This document shows, piece by piece, positions 36,632 through 45,570 of a stretch of DNA of 64,000 nucleotides (position 1 is the first letter of the stretch; every line of letters starts with the position of its first letter). Made by a program: the position numbers and the translations under genes. The notes below the pieces were generated by a model. The model ran no database searches, was not told the DNA's origin, and saw only the letters and a program-made list of their open reading frames with translations. The stretch is from Minisyncoccota bacterium (lineage in GTDB: Bacteria; Patescibacteriota; Minisyncoccia; Phycocordibacterales; UBA9973): contig JBAZSF010000001.1 in the NCBI GenBank assembly GCA_041662525.1, positions 105,383 through 169,382 on the forward strand, given 5' to 3'.

Positions 36632-36649
36632 GTTCGAATCCTTCCCGCG
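36632..36649 (+). repeat. Second tRNA-Tyr T-loop/acceptor fragment (gttcgaatccttcccgcg), inverted relative to the tRNA
   Basis: Matches the sense sequence GGTTCGAATCCTTCCCGGCG but lies on the opposite strand; followed by a 9-bp hairpin gcgagcaaa/tttgctcgc. Confidence 0.6.
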
Positions 36650-36709
36650 AGCAAAGCAGTTTGCTCGCTCCTTTACACAAAACAAAAATCCCTTTCGGGA
36701 TTTGTTTTG

Positions 36710-36792
36710 TGCGCCGGGAAGGATTCGAACCTTCGTAGCCCGAAGGCGAGGGATTTACAGTCCCTTGTATTTGACCGCTCTACCACCGACGC
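36710..36792 (-). tRNA. tRNA-Tyr (anticodon GTA), class II with long variable arm, CCA not encoded
   Basis: Manual fold: acceptor GCGUCGG/CCGGCGC, D-arm GGTAGAGCGG, anticodon loop CUGUAAA, long variable arm, T-loop GGTTCGAATCC. Confidence 0.85.
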
Positions 36793-36846
36793 GTAAATAC
36801 AAAATATCACAAAATTATATTTTTTGCATCTTTTACCTCCTTACTT

Positions 36847-39579
36847 TTAAACCGAAGATCGAGATCGCACACGAATTGAGCTTTTTATTTTTCTTGCCCG
36901 TCCTCCGGCGGGGCCTTTTTTTGTTTCAACAACAATTTCGTTATTTTTCTCAGAAACAAATACAGTGTCCCCTTTGGATACTTTGTTTGAAATAATATAA
37001 GACGCAACTGAATTCAAAATCTTATTCTGAATCAAACGGTTCAGTGGTCTCGCTCCATAATGTGGGTTATATCCTTCTTTTGCTAAATAAGAAAGTGCTC
37101 CATCAGAAATCTCAAAATTTATTCCTTTGGCTTTCAGACGATCAACTACAACCTTGATACGCAAATTGACTATTTCTTTTAGAGCAATTTCCGACAAAAC
37201 ATCAAAGACAATAATCTCATCTAAGCGATTCAAAAATTCTGGACGAAAATTATCTTTTAACGCTTCTGTCACTTTTTCTTTCATACTACCATAATCTTGT
37301 TTTTGAGAATTATTAGAAAATCCAATTGATTCCATCTTTTCTACAAATTGTGAACCGATATTAGAAGTCAAAATTATAATAGTATTTTTGAAATTTACTA
37401 CTCTTCCTTTACCATCAGTCAGTCGCCCTTCATCAATAACCTGCAGAAGCATGTTAAAAACTTCTGGATGAGCTTTTTCAATTTCATCAAAGAGAATCAC
37501 CGCATATGGACGATGCCGAACAGCTTCAGTCAATTGACCAGCCTCATCGTATCCCACATATCCTGGCGGAGACCCAATGAGCTTGGACATAGAATGTCTC
37601 TCTGTATATTCAGACATATCCACCCGAATAATCGCACTCTCATCATTAAACATAAATTGCCCAAGTGCCTTTGTGAGTTCAGTCTTACCGACACCTGATG
37701 GACCTAGAAAAATAAAAGAACCGATTGGTCGATTTGGATCTCCGATACCAGCACGAGAACGACGAATAACATCAGCCACGCGCCCGATAGCAGCGTCCTG
37801 ACCCACCACTCTCTTTTTTAGTTCAACCTCCATCTTTTCAAGCTTTTCACGTTCTTCTTCAAGCATCTTTGTGAGTGGTATTCCCGTCCAACGAGCCACC
37901 ACCTCGGCGATATCTTCAGCAGTGATTTCTTCTTTTAAAATTCTACGAGATTTTTGCAATTTCTTTAATCGTGCGAGTTTTATATCGAGCTCTTTCTGAA
38001 GGGTAGGTATTTTCCCATAACGTAATTCAGCAGCTAAAGTAAGATCCGCTTTCATTTCTGCATCTTCGGCTTCCAAACGAATACTTTCGAGTTCTTTCTT
38101 AATACCTCTGATTTCTAATACGATTGTTTTTTCGTTCTGCCATTTTAATTCCAATTCTTTTGTCTTCTCAGACAAATTACCTATTTCTTTGTCTATTTCT
38201 TTAATTCTATTTTTTATTTCATTATTTTTTCCTTGTACTTTTTCTTTTTGTTTTTCTTCTCCACTCGAAGAACTGATCTCTTTTTTGAGAGCTTCTTTTT
38301 CGATTTCTAAACGCATTGTTTTTTTGTTCGCATCTTCTAAAATCGGTGGCTTATTTTCAAGCATTATCTTTAATGAAGAAGAAGCTTCATCAATCAAGTC
38401 CACAGCTTTGTCTGGTAAAAATCTGTTTGTAATATAACGAGAAGACAGATTGACCGCAGACACGATAGCATCATCAGTAATTCTGATACCATGGAAAAGT
38501 TCATACTTTTCTTTAAGCCCACGAAGAATTGTAATGGTATCTTCTATGCTAGGTTCATCGATATAAACAGGCTGGAAACGGCGTGCTAATGCAGGGTCTT
38601 TCTCAATATGTTTTTGATATTCTCGCAAGGTAGTGGCGCCAATAGCTCGAAGTTCTCCACGAGAAAGCGCTGGCTTCAACATATTTGAAGCATCCATTGT
38701 GCCTTCGGCTCCGCCTGCACCGACAATAGTGTGGATCTCATCAATAAAAAGAATTATTTTTCCAGCAGATCGTTCGATCTCTTTCATAATGCCTTTCAAT
38801 CTTTCTTCAAATTCTCCACGGTATTTTGTACCGGCCACAAGCATTCCTAAATCAAGAGAAACAATTTCTTTATCTTTTAAAGATTCAGGAACATTATTTT
38901 TTGCAATCAATTGGGCTAGCCCTTCCACTACAGCAGTTTTTCCAGTCCCCGCCTCCCCTATCAAAATAGGATTATTTTTTGTTCGACGTGAGAGAATCTG
39001 CATTATGCGAGTGATTTCACTATCCCGACCAATGACTGGATCTAATTTATCTTCTTTAGCCAACTTTGTTAAATTGCGAGTATATTTTACCAATAATTTA
39101 AATTTCTTTGGCTCGGAAACATCTGTGATATTTTGACTACGGAGTTCTCCTAAAACTTTCATTACTTGATCTTTGTGAATCCTAAATCTAGCCAAAGTCT
39201 CACGTGCTTCACTTGTGACTTCGAGAATTGAGATAAAGAGATGTTCTGTTGAAACAAAATCATCTTTCATAAACTCTGCCAGTTTAGCTGACTGTTCTAT
39301 AACTTGTGCTAAATCAGGATTGAGATAAATCTGATACGAAGGTGAGATGGTGCTACGTGCTTCTGGTAATTCAATTAATTCTAAAACAGAATCAGTCAAA
39401 AGCATTGTATCGATTTCCAATTTATCTAAAATAGAGTTCACCATAGATTCCTCTTGTAGTAAAAGTGCACCGAGCAAATGCAATGAAGAAACATGGTTCA
39501 TACCACGTTCGATAGCCAGCTCATGGGCTTTTTTAATGGCATCTTTGGCTTTAGTTGTAAATTTATTTAATGGTGGCAT
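36847..39579 (-). CDS. clpB: ClpB disaggregase (two AAA+ modules with coiled-coil middle domain)
   Basis: Clp-N repeats, Walker A 'GEAGTGKT' and 'GPSGVGKT', long coiled-coil M domain between NBD1 and NBD2, 910 aa. Confidence 0.9.
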   Translation of the reverse strand: MPPLNKFTTKAKDAIKKAHELAIERGMNHVSSLHLLGALLLQEESMVNSILDKLEIDTMLLTDSVLELIELPEARSTISPSYQIYLNPDLAQVIEQSAKLAEFMKDDFVSTEHLFISILEVTSEARETLARFRIHKDQVMKVLGELRSQNITDVSEPKKFKLLVKYTRNLTKLAKEDKLDPVIGRDSEITRIMQILSRRTKNNPILIGEAGTGKTAVVEGLAQLIAKNNVPESLKDKEIVSLDLGMLVAGTKYRGEFEERLKGIMKEIERSAGKIILFIDEIHTIVGAGGAEGTMDASNMLKPALSRGELRAIGATTLREYQKHIEKDPALARRFQPVYIDEPSIEDTITILRGLKEKYELFHGIRITDDAIVSAVNLSSRYITNRFLPDKAVDLIDEASSSLKIMLENKPPILEDANKKTMRLEIEKEALKKEISSSSGEEKQKEKVQGKNNEIKNRIKEIDKEIGNLSEKTKELELKWQNEKTIVLEIRGIKKELESIRLEAEDAEMKADLTLAAELRYGKIPTLQKELDIKLARLKKLQKSRRILKEEITAEDIAEVVARWTGIPLTKMLEEEREKLEKMEVELKKRVVGQDAAIGRVADVIRRSRAGIGDPNRPIGSFIFLGPSGVGKTELTKALGQFMFNDESAIIRVDMSEYTERHSMSKLIGSPPGYVGYDEAGQLTEAVRHRPYAVILFDEIEKAHPEVFNMLLQVIDEGRLTDGKGRVVNFKNTIIILTSNIGSQFVEKMESIGFSNNSQKQDYGSMKEKVTEALKDNFRPEFLNRLDEIIVFDVLSEIALKEIVNLRIKVVVDRLKAKGINFEISDGALSYLAKEGYNPHYGARPLNRLIQNKILNSVASYIISNKVSKGDTVFVSEKNNEIVVETKKGPAGGRARKIKSSIRVRSRSSV

Positions 39580-39619
39580 ATTTTTTTAATTTAAATTATA
39601 TATTTATATTATAGCAATA

Positions 39620-39688
39620 AATGAGGAGCAGAAACAAATTTATTTGTTTAATGTCCGAATGTAGTTGCTATATGGTAATCCATATACA
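39620..39688. promoter_or_regulatory. Conserved ~70-bp promoter/operator module, copy 2, upstream of clpB (TATATGG-N4-CCATATA palindrome at 39669-39686)
   Basis: aatgaggagcagaaacaaatttatttgtttaatgtccgaatgtagttgctatatggtaatccatata is ~85% identical to 24487-24554; followed on the minus strand by a TATAAT-like box and the clpB ATG. Confidence 0.55.
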
Positions 39689-39711
39689 CTACGTGTCAAG
39701 TATATGAAGTT

Positions 39712-40500
39712 TTACTGAAGTTTAGATGAAGAAATATCTGTCTTTGTAGAATTTCCTGCTCCTAAAACATCATTAATAGTTTTGATTGAAACAAAATTTG
39801 TCACATCACTAAAGAGAGCAATACCGAGGGCTTCCCCATTTAAGTTAAGAACTAGTCCTCCAGCATTTGATTTTGTAACATTAATATCAATATTCTTATT
39901 TCCTTCATAAATAGAAGAGGAAATGTTACTACCTAAAACTAAAACTTTTTGTCCCTCTTTCATTTTACTTAAATCTCCAAAAACTGGTACCGTAAAAGAT
40001 AATTTATTCTTCTCATCGAGCGGAGATCCTATTTTAAGAAAAGAAAATCCAGACTTGTCAGTTGATATAAAATCCGCTTTAAATTTTCCACTATCATTTT
40101 TTACATAATAAACTTCTTTATCAAGAATAAATGTTGAATCGGTTACAATAATTCCATCAGTAGAAATAGCAAATCCTCGCCCAGCCCCTATTTCAATAGT
40201 TTTAAGATCCGCATCTTGTGCTTCCTTCGTTATAGAAAATACAGATGATTTATTTTTAGCAATTGCGTCTACTACTAAATCTTCTTCTTTAATAATTACT
40301 GTTTGAACTGTAGTTTTTCCTTCGACTTGCTCTATTTTTTCAATTGTTTGTTGAACAACACGATTAATCGGTGTAGTAAAAGACGCTGGTGCTTGTTGCA
40401 TCAAAGTCACAGTCGTTATACCTGTAGCTATAGAAGTGACAAAGCTAAGCAAAATAGCGAGTAATATAAGTTGGGTTTTATTTAATTCCTTAATATCCAT
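39712..40500 (-). CDS. Membrane-anchored HtrA/S1C trypsin-fold homolog lacking the catalytic triad (pseudo-protease)
   Basis: N-terminal TM. 'GAGRGFAISTDGIIVTDSTFI' where HtrA has 'GSGfii..dGyIvTNnHVv' (His lost); 'SGFSFLKI' for 'sDlAvlKi' (Asp lost); 'SNAGGLVLNLNGEALGI' for 'GNSGGPLvNl.GevIGI' (Ser to Ala). Confidence 0.5.
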   Translation of the reverse strand: MDIKELNKTQLILLAILLSFVTSIATGITTVTLMQQAPASFTTPINRVVQQTIEKIEQVEGKTTVQTVIIKEEDLVVDAIAKNKSSVFSITKEAQDADLKTIEIGAGRGFAISTDGIIVTDSTFILDKEVYYVKNDSGKFKADFISTDKSGFSFLKIGSPLDEKNKLSFTVPVFGDLSKMKEGQKVLVLGSNISSSIYEGNKNIDINVTKSNAGGLVLNLNGEALGIALFSDVTNFVSIKTINDVLGAGNSTKTDISSSKLQ

Positions 40501-40503
40501 ATT

Positions 40504-41745
40504 CTAATCATACCATTTTTTTAATTTAGTCAAAATTTTTGATAAAACTTTTACAGTATAGTCTATATCCTTTTTAGTTGTATCTCTACCTAAAGAAAAA
40601 CGTACTCCGCCCAACTCGTCATTTACCAAGGGTTCCCCTTGGTATTGCACTTGACGAATTGCTTTAATGACATCTGAGCCTCCGCTTTCTCCGCTTTTGC
40701 AAGCGCTTTTAGCTGAAGCCATAATTCCCTTATCAGAAAGCTCAATAACCAAAAGATCACTCGGGATATTGGCAAATGTTACGTTTACATTATTCGGCAA
40801 TCTATTTACTAAATCGCCATTTACTATACAGTTATTCGGACGTTGGACGTCCGAAATTCGGACGTCCAACGTCCGAAAAAAATAATCTCGCAACTTAATC
40901 AAACGTTTTACTTCTTTTTCTTTTATTTTTTGTACTGATTTCAATGCTCGAGAAAACTTTAAAATCTCCGGCAAATTTTCTGTCCCTGGACGAATTCCCC
41001 CTTCTTGATCTCCCCCACCAAACACCTTCGCAAGATTAACTGTTTTCTTTTTATAAAGAATTCCGACCCTGCCGGCTCCTTCTATTTTTGAACCAGAAAG
41101 TGAAAGCAAATCTACCCCTAATTTTTCAACATTCAGACCTAAATAATTTACCGCTTGCACTGCATCAGTATGGAAAATAGGAAAAAGAGTTAAGTTTATT
41201 TTTTTATAATATCTAATTATCTTTGCAATTTCCTTTATGGGTTGAATTGTGCCGATTTCATTATTCACATACATTACTGAAACAAGCACAGTATTTTTTT
41301 TAATTTCCTTTTTTATTTTTTGGGGATCTACTATTCCATTTGCTTCCACTGGTACGATAGTTATTTCTGCTAGTTTTCTTTTTGCTAATAATTTATAAGT
41401 CTCAAGAACGGATGGATGTTCTATGTTCGTCGTTATGATATGTGGTAAAACTTTTCCTTGCCAATTTAAAACCACCCCTTGAATTGCGAGATTATTACTC
41501 TCCGTTCCGCCACTGGTAAAAATAATTTCTTCTGGCCTAGCACCTAAAATATCAGAAACTTCTCTCCGCGCAATTTGAAGTTTAATTTTTGCCTCTACTC
41601 CAGCAGAATGCACAGAACTAGGGTTTGCTCTCGCGCTAGCGGCATAATCAAAATAGATATATTTATTTGGTTTTTTATTTGAGCTGTTATTTGATTTGGG
41701 CATAAAAATAGTATATATTGAAAATACATGAACACAAAGCTTCAA
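40504..41745 (-). CDS. Cysteine desulfurase (NifS/IscS-like, class V aminotransferase) carrying an in-frame 43-bp palindromic insertion
   Basis: 'IYFDYAASARANPSSVHSAG', PLP-Lys region 'SLSGSKIEGAG', active-site Cys 'SAKSACKSGESG'; 413 aa. Confidence 0.85.
   Translation of the reverse strand: MKLCVHVFSIYTIFMPKSNNSSNKKPNKYIYFDYAASARANPSSVHSAGVEAKIKLQIARREVSDILGARPEEIIFTSGGTESNNLAIQGVVLNWQGKVLPHIITTNIEHPSVLETYKLLAKRKLAEITIVPVEANGIVDPQKIKKEIKKNTVLVSVMYVNNEIGTIQPIKEIAKIIRYYKKINLTLFPIFHTDAVQAVNYLGLNVEKLGVDLLSLSGSKIEGAGRVGILYKKKTVNLAKVFGGGDQEGGIRPGTENLPEILKFSRALKSVQKIKEKEVKRLIKLRDYFFRTLDVRISDVQRPNNCIVNGDLVNRLPNNVNVTFANIPSDLLVIELSDKGIMASAKSACKSGESGGSDVIKAIRQVQYQGEPLVNDELGGVRFSLGRDTTKKDIDYTVKVLSKILTKLKKWYD
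40835..40877. repeat. 43-bp near-perfect GC-rich palindrome ttcggacgttggacgtccgaa-a-ttcggacgtccaacgtccgaa (four alternating CGGACGT/ACGTCCG units) inside the cysteine desulfurase ORF
   Basis: Read directly; encodes 'FFRTLDVRISDVQRP', about 7 aa longer than the remembered IscS 'LWNGIKDIEEVYLNGD' segment. Confidence 0.85.
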
Positions 41746-42183
41746 ATTGCTTTTTTTATTCTCTATGGAATTGCTATCCTAATTGGCGCTATCTGGATTA
41801 TTATTACCGAAAAGCGTCTAAAAAAATTTTTTCTTGGTAAAAAAGCCAAAGATCTAGAAGATACTATTATTTCATTAGAAAATAGTATTGTTGAATTAAG
41901 TAGAACAAAGAACTCTATGCAAAAAGATATTACCATAATAAATGGTAAACTTAAAAAAAGTATTCGTGGACTTGAGACAATCCGCTTCAATCCTTTTCCT
42001 GATCAGGGTAGCAACCAAAGTTTTGCAATTGGAATGCTAAATGAAGAAAATGACGGTTTAGTAATTTCAAGTTTATATTCTCGTGAACGAATGAGCGTCT
42101 TTGCTAAACCTATCAAAGGTGGAAAATCTGAATACGAGCTCACTGCTGAAGAAAAAGAGGTTTTGAAAAAAATTCAAATATAA
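41728..42183 (+). CDS. Small membrane protein, DUF4446-like
   Basis: N-terminal TM, coiled-coil, 'RFNPFPDQGSNQSFAIGMLNEENDGLVISSLYSRERMSVFAK'; family call from memory. Confidence 0.4.
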   Translation: MNTKLQIAFFILYGIAILIGAIWIIITEKRLKKFFLGKKAKDLEDTIISLENSIVELSRTKNSMQKDITIINGKLKKSIRGLETIRFNPFPDQGSNQSFAIGMLNEENDGLVISSLYSRERMSVFAKPIKGGKSEYELTAEEKEVLKKIQI

Positions 42184-43703
42184 TGGAAAAAAATAAACAA
42201 AAAGAAAATATAATAAATCGGCCGCCAGTTGTGGTGGTCATGGGTCATATCGATCATGGTAAATCAACCTTACTTGATTACATAAGAAAGACGACTATCA
42301 CAGAAAAAGAAACTGGAGGAATAACACAAAAAATTTCTGCTTATGAGGTTGTCCATCAAAATAAAAAGATAACCTTCTTGGACACCCCCGGACACGAAGC
42401 TTTTTCAAAAATGCGCGAACGTGGTGCCAAGATAGCCGACATTGCTATCTTAGTCGTCTCGGCAGAAGATGGTGTAAAACCACAAACAATTGAAGCTTGG
42501 AAAACTATTGTAGAATCAAACACTCCATGCATTGTCGCTATAAATAAAATAGATAAACCAAGCGCTAATATAGAAAAAACAAAAACAGAATTAGCAGAAA
42601 ATGAAATCTATTTAGAAAATTATGGGGGCAAAATTCCTTTTGTAGAAATTTCTGCAAAAACTGGTATAGGAATAGAGGACCTTCTCTCCCTTATTTTAAT
42701 CCTAGCAGAGATGGAAAATTTAATTGGAGATAGCTCACTTCTTGCTTCTGGTTTTGTGATTGAAGTAAATCTGGATTCTAAGCGTGGAATACTAGCAACC
42801 TTAATTATAAAAAATGGGTCTATAAAAAATGGGATGACCGTCACAGTCGCAAATGCTATGTGCTCCACCCGGATAATAGAAAATTTCTTAGGAAAAACAA
42901 TAAACGAAGCTACTTTCTCTTCCCCTATCCGCATAGTCGGTTTTGATAAAATGCCTAAAGTGGGTGCGCCATTTAAAACTTTTCAAAACAAAATAGATGC
43001 TGTAAAATTTATAGAAAAATTACCCCTTAGTCCTACAGGCACTCTCCCCCACCAAGAAGAAGATTTTGGAATTGGTAAAAAAATTATACCTATAATATTA
43101 AAAGCTGATGTCTCCGGCTCAATTGAAGCAATTGAAAAAGAAATTTCTAAAATAAATTCCAAACTCGGCGTCACTTCAAATAAAAATGCAGAATTCAGAA
43201 TTGTCGGAAAAGGCATCGGACCTATTTCTGAATCTGATATAAAAGGAGTATCCTCTGGCGCAGATGCTATCGTTATAGGATTTAATGTAAAAGCTGACAA
43301 AAGTGCTATCAACACCGCCCAAAACAGAGGTATCACAATTTCTTTCTTTGATATTATTTATAAAATGACAGAATGGCTAGAAGTACAGATGGAAGAAAGA
43401 AGACCTAGAGTTGAGACCTTGGAAACAACAGGCCGCGCAAAGATCATTCGAGCATTTAGTCGCACCAAAGAACGTCAAATATTGGGAGGCAAAGTTGTAG
43501 AAGGACAAATCAATATAAATAGCACCATTAGAATAATGCGCCGAGAATTTGAAATTGGCCGTGCCAAAATAGTTAATCTAGAAAAAAATAAAGTAAAAAC
43601 TAGTGAGATTTCAGAAGGTTCTGAATTCGGAATGATGATTGAATCAAAAATAGAAGTTGTCGCTGGAGATATATTAGAATCTTTTTCCATAACCCAAAAA
43701 TGA
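42183..43703 (+). CDS. infB: Translation initiation factor IF-2 (short form, 506 aa)
   Basis: G-domain 'VVVVMGHIDHGKSTLLD', 'DTPGHEAF', 'NKIDK', followed by beta-barrel domains; start overlaps stop of upstream gene. Confidence 0.88.
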   Translation: MEKNKQKENIINRPPVVVVMGHIDHGKSTLLDYIRKTTITEKETGGITQKISAYEVVHQNKKITFLDTPGHEAFSKMRERGAKIADIAILVVSAEDGVKPQTIEAWKTIVESNTPCIVAINKIDKPSANIEKTKTELAENEIYLENYGGKIPFVEISAKTGIGIEDLLSLILILAEMENLIGDSSLLASGFVIEVNLDSKRGILATLIIKNGSIKNGMTVTVANAMCSTRIIENFLGKTINEATFSSPIRIVGFDKMPKVGAPFKTFQNKIDAVKFIEKLPLSPTGTLPHQEEDFGIGKKIIPIILKADVSGSIEAIEKEISKINSKLGVTSNKNAEFRIVGKGIGPISESDIKGVSSGADAIVIGFNVKADKSAINTAQNRGITISFFDIIYKMTEWLEVQMEERRPRVETLETTGRAKIIRAFSRTKERQILGGKVVEGQININSTIRIMRREFEIGRAKIVNLEKNKVKTSEISEGSEFGMMIESKIEVVAGDILESFSITQK

Positions 43704-44032
43704 CCGAAAAAAATCAGCGAAATGAAAAAGTCGCGAAGGAAATAAAAGAACTCTCCGCCCAATTTTTAGGACGTGAAAATAATAGAACTTCGCTTATCAC
43801 CGTCACGGGAGCTAACACCTCCCCTGATCTTAAAAGGGCCACCATCCTCATCACAGTGCTTCCAAACTCTAAAGAAAAGTCTGCCTTGGATTTTGTAAAA
43901 CGAAGACTTAAAGATTTACGAGAATATTTGAAAAAAAATATGCCCATAAAAATAATCCCTTTCCTTGATGTTGCCATAGATCTAGGAGAAAAAAATAGAC
44001 AAAAAATTGACGAATTGCTTCGAAATAGTTAG
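43700..44032 (+). CDS. rbfA: Ribosome-binding factor A
   Basis: 110 aa directly after infB; 'RNEKVAKEIKELSAQFL...SLITVTGANTSPDLKRATILITVL' KH-like RbfA pattern. Confidence 0.75.
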   Translation: MTEKNQRNEKVAKEIKELSAQFLGRENNRTSLITVTGANTSPDLKRATILITVLPNSKEKSALDFVKRRLKDLREYLKKNMPIKIIPFLDVAIDLGEKNRQKIDELLRNS

Positions 44033-44043
44033 ATTGTTTGTAT

Positions 44044-44115
44044 GGCCTGGTAGCCAAGTGGTAAGGCATTCCTCTGCAAAAGGAATATACGGCGGTTCGA
44101 TTCCGCCCCAGGCCT
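44044..44115 (+). tRNA. tRNA-Cys (GCA)
   Basis: Manual fold: acceptor GGCCUGG/CCAGGCC, D-loop AGCCAAGUGGUAAGGC, anticodon loop CUGCAAA, T-loop GGTTCGATTCC. Confidence 0.85.
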
Positions 44116-44237
44116 CAAAAAATTAAATAGTTTTAATTTTTTGCTGATTTGCTGAAAGCAAAATTGCCGATGTGAGACAAAGTCGAACAGGCAATAAGAA
44201 AAGAAGTATGTTAAAATATTTTAGGATAAATAAAATT

Positions 44238-44319
44238 GCCCGAGTGGCGGAACTGGTATACGCGCACGACTTAAAATCGTGTCTCGTAAGGGATGTGGGT
44301 TCGATTCCCACCTCGGGCA
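44238..44319 (+). tRNA. tRNA-Leu (TAA), class II
   Basis: Acceptor GCCCGAG/CUCGGGC, anticodon loop CUUAAAA, long variable arm, T-loop GGTTCGATTCC. Confidence 0.85.
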
Positions 44320-44353
44320 CAATGCGTTAGGCAAGGCCTAACGCAAAAGTTTT

Positions 44354-44426
44354 GCGCCCTTAGCTCAGCTGGTAGAGCAGATCCCTCTTAAGGATAAGGT
44401 CGAAGGTTCGATCCCTTCAGGGCGCA
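44354..44426 (+). tRNA. tRNA-Lys (CTT)
   Basis: Acceptor GCGCCCU/AGGGCGC, D-arm TAGCTCAGCTGGTAGAGC, anticodon loop CUCUUAA, T-loop GGTTCGATCCC. Confidence 0.8.
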
Positions 44427-44453
44427 CAAAGTGCAAGGGCACTTTGTGCGAGC

Positions 44454-44506
44454 CGGAGGCTGACGAGCCGAGGCGGGGTCGCGCAAAAATTCAGCAGAAT
44501 TTTATG
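44454..44506. repeat. Inverted copy of the ~50-bp repeat core also found at 27933-27981
   Basis: cggaggctgacgagccg...gcaaaaattcagcagaattttatg is the reverse complement of cataattttctgctgaaaatttgc...cggctcgtcagcctccg. Confidence 0.7.
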
Positions 44507-44529
44507 TGTGACCACAAGTTTATAAATTT

Positions 44530-44611
44530 GCCGGGATGGCGGAATTGGTATACGCGCTAGTCTTAGGAACTAGTGGGGCAACCCTTGGGAGTTCGAGTCT
44601 CCCTCCCGGCA
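44530..44611 (+). tRNA. tRNA-Leu (TAG), class II
   Basis: Acceptor GCCGGGA/UCCCGGC, anticodon loop CUUAGGA, long variable arm, T-loop GGTTCGAGTCC. Confidence 0.85.
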
Positions 44612-44655
44612 CAAAATATATGGGTATTAGGCACACTTGACATTTATATTGATAA

Positions 44656-45342
44656 GTGCTATACTACACATGTATGAATAAAACAAACTACAAATCAATA
44701 TTTTTTGGCTTATCAATGTTAGCTTTTAGTTTATGGGTCACACCCGTAAAAGTTCTTGCTACAGCTGGTTATGTTGATAATCCAACCCCTTATATTACAT
44801 ACATCACCCCAAATTCTAGTAATGGTAATATTGGATCAAACTTAGTCATTGCGATTACAGGAAATGGATTTATTCCAAGCTCAATCGTTAGAGTCAATGG
44901 TTCTGATCGCAAAACAACTTTTATAGATTACTCCCATATTCTAGTTAGAATAAATCCAAATGATACCTACAACACTGATGGATTCTACATTAATATTTTC
45001 AATGGATTTCCTGGAGGAGGATATTCTAATTCAGCATTATTTACCATAAATAATAACAACAATGACTCCTCTACTATAACCAGAACTAATACGAACACAG
45101 GAAACAATACCTATAACTCAAACAGCACTTATTCAAATACAAATCAAACAGATACTACTAATACAAATTCAGACTCTAGCAACCTCGCTTCCGCAGCTAT
45201 TTTCGGATCAAATAACTTCCTCCCTTCCGGCTTGATCCAGTGGATATTGTTTGCCATAGTAATTCTACTTATCGTCATCCTTGCAAGAAAAGTTTTCGGG
45301 GCTACAGCAAAATACAACGAAGCACCGATGAAGACTCCGTAA
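44656..45342 (+). CDS. Cell-surface protein: signal peptide, Ig-like (IPT/TIG-like) domain, Asn/Thr/Ser-rich low-complexity stalk, C-terminal TM anchor
   Basis: 'ITYITPNSSNGNIGSNLVIAITGNGFIPSSIVRVNGS', then 'NNNNNDSSTITRTNTNTGNNTYNSNSTYSNTNQTDTTNTNSDSS', then C-terminal 'IQWILFAIVILLIVILARKVF'. Confidence 0.45.
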   Translation: MLYYTCMNKTNYKSIFFGLSMLAFSLWVTPVKVLATAGYVDNPTPYITYITPNSSNGNIGSNLVIAITGNGFIPSSIVRVNGSDRKTTFIDYSHILVRINPNDTYNTDGFYINIFNGFPGGGYSNSALFTINNNNNDSSTITRTNTNTGNNTYNSNSTYSNTNQTDTTNTNSDSSNLASAAIFGSNNFLPSGLIQWILFAIVILLIVILARKVFGATAKYNEAPMKTP

Positions 45343-45379
45343 TTCAACCCCCTTCTTTTCCCCCTTATCAGGGGGGAAT
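45342..45379. repeat. C-run/G-run hairpin mini-element, copy 2 (intergenic, starts at stop codon of the surface-protein gene)
   Basis: attcaacccccttcttttcccccttatcaggggggaat; see copy 1 at 26944-26980. Confidence 0.8.
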
Positions 45380-45570
45380 TAACAAAAAACGGAAGCCTTG
45401 CTTTCGTTTTTTGTGCTTGACTTTTTCATATTAGGTGTGGTATAATAAGTGTTGAAAAATTCGTTGAAAAAAGAATAGGAAATAAAGACGAAGGGTTTCT
45501 CTTCGTTAAAGAATATAGAGGATTTTTCCTCTAAAAATTTTGAAAGCGCTTCAGCGCAAGGAGAAGAAAA

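Noticed and set aside
36527-36995. Track ORFs 36527-36796 and 36702-36995 (+)
   Set aside because: They overlap the tRNA-Tyr gene and its fragment repeats and the antisense of the clpB 3' end; the tRNA fold explains the region.
44123-44320. 65-aa minus-strand ORF
   Set aside because: Lies across tRNA-Leu(TAA) and an inter-tRNA spacer; the tRNA accounts for the sequence.
44454-44485. Hammerhead-ribozyme-like 'CUGACGAG' box followed by a GC stem
   Set aside because: The essential CGAAAC/GAAA element after stem II is absent in both repeat copies, so a hammerhead fold is not supported.
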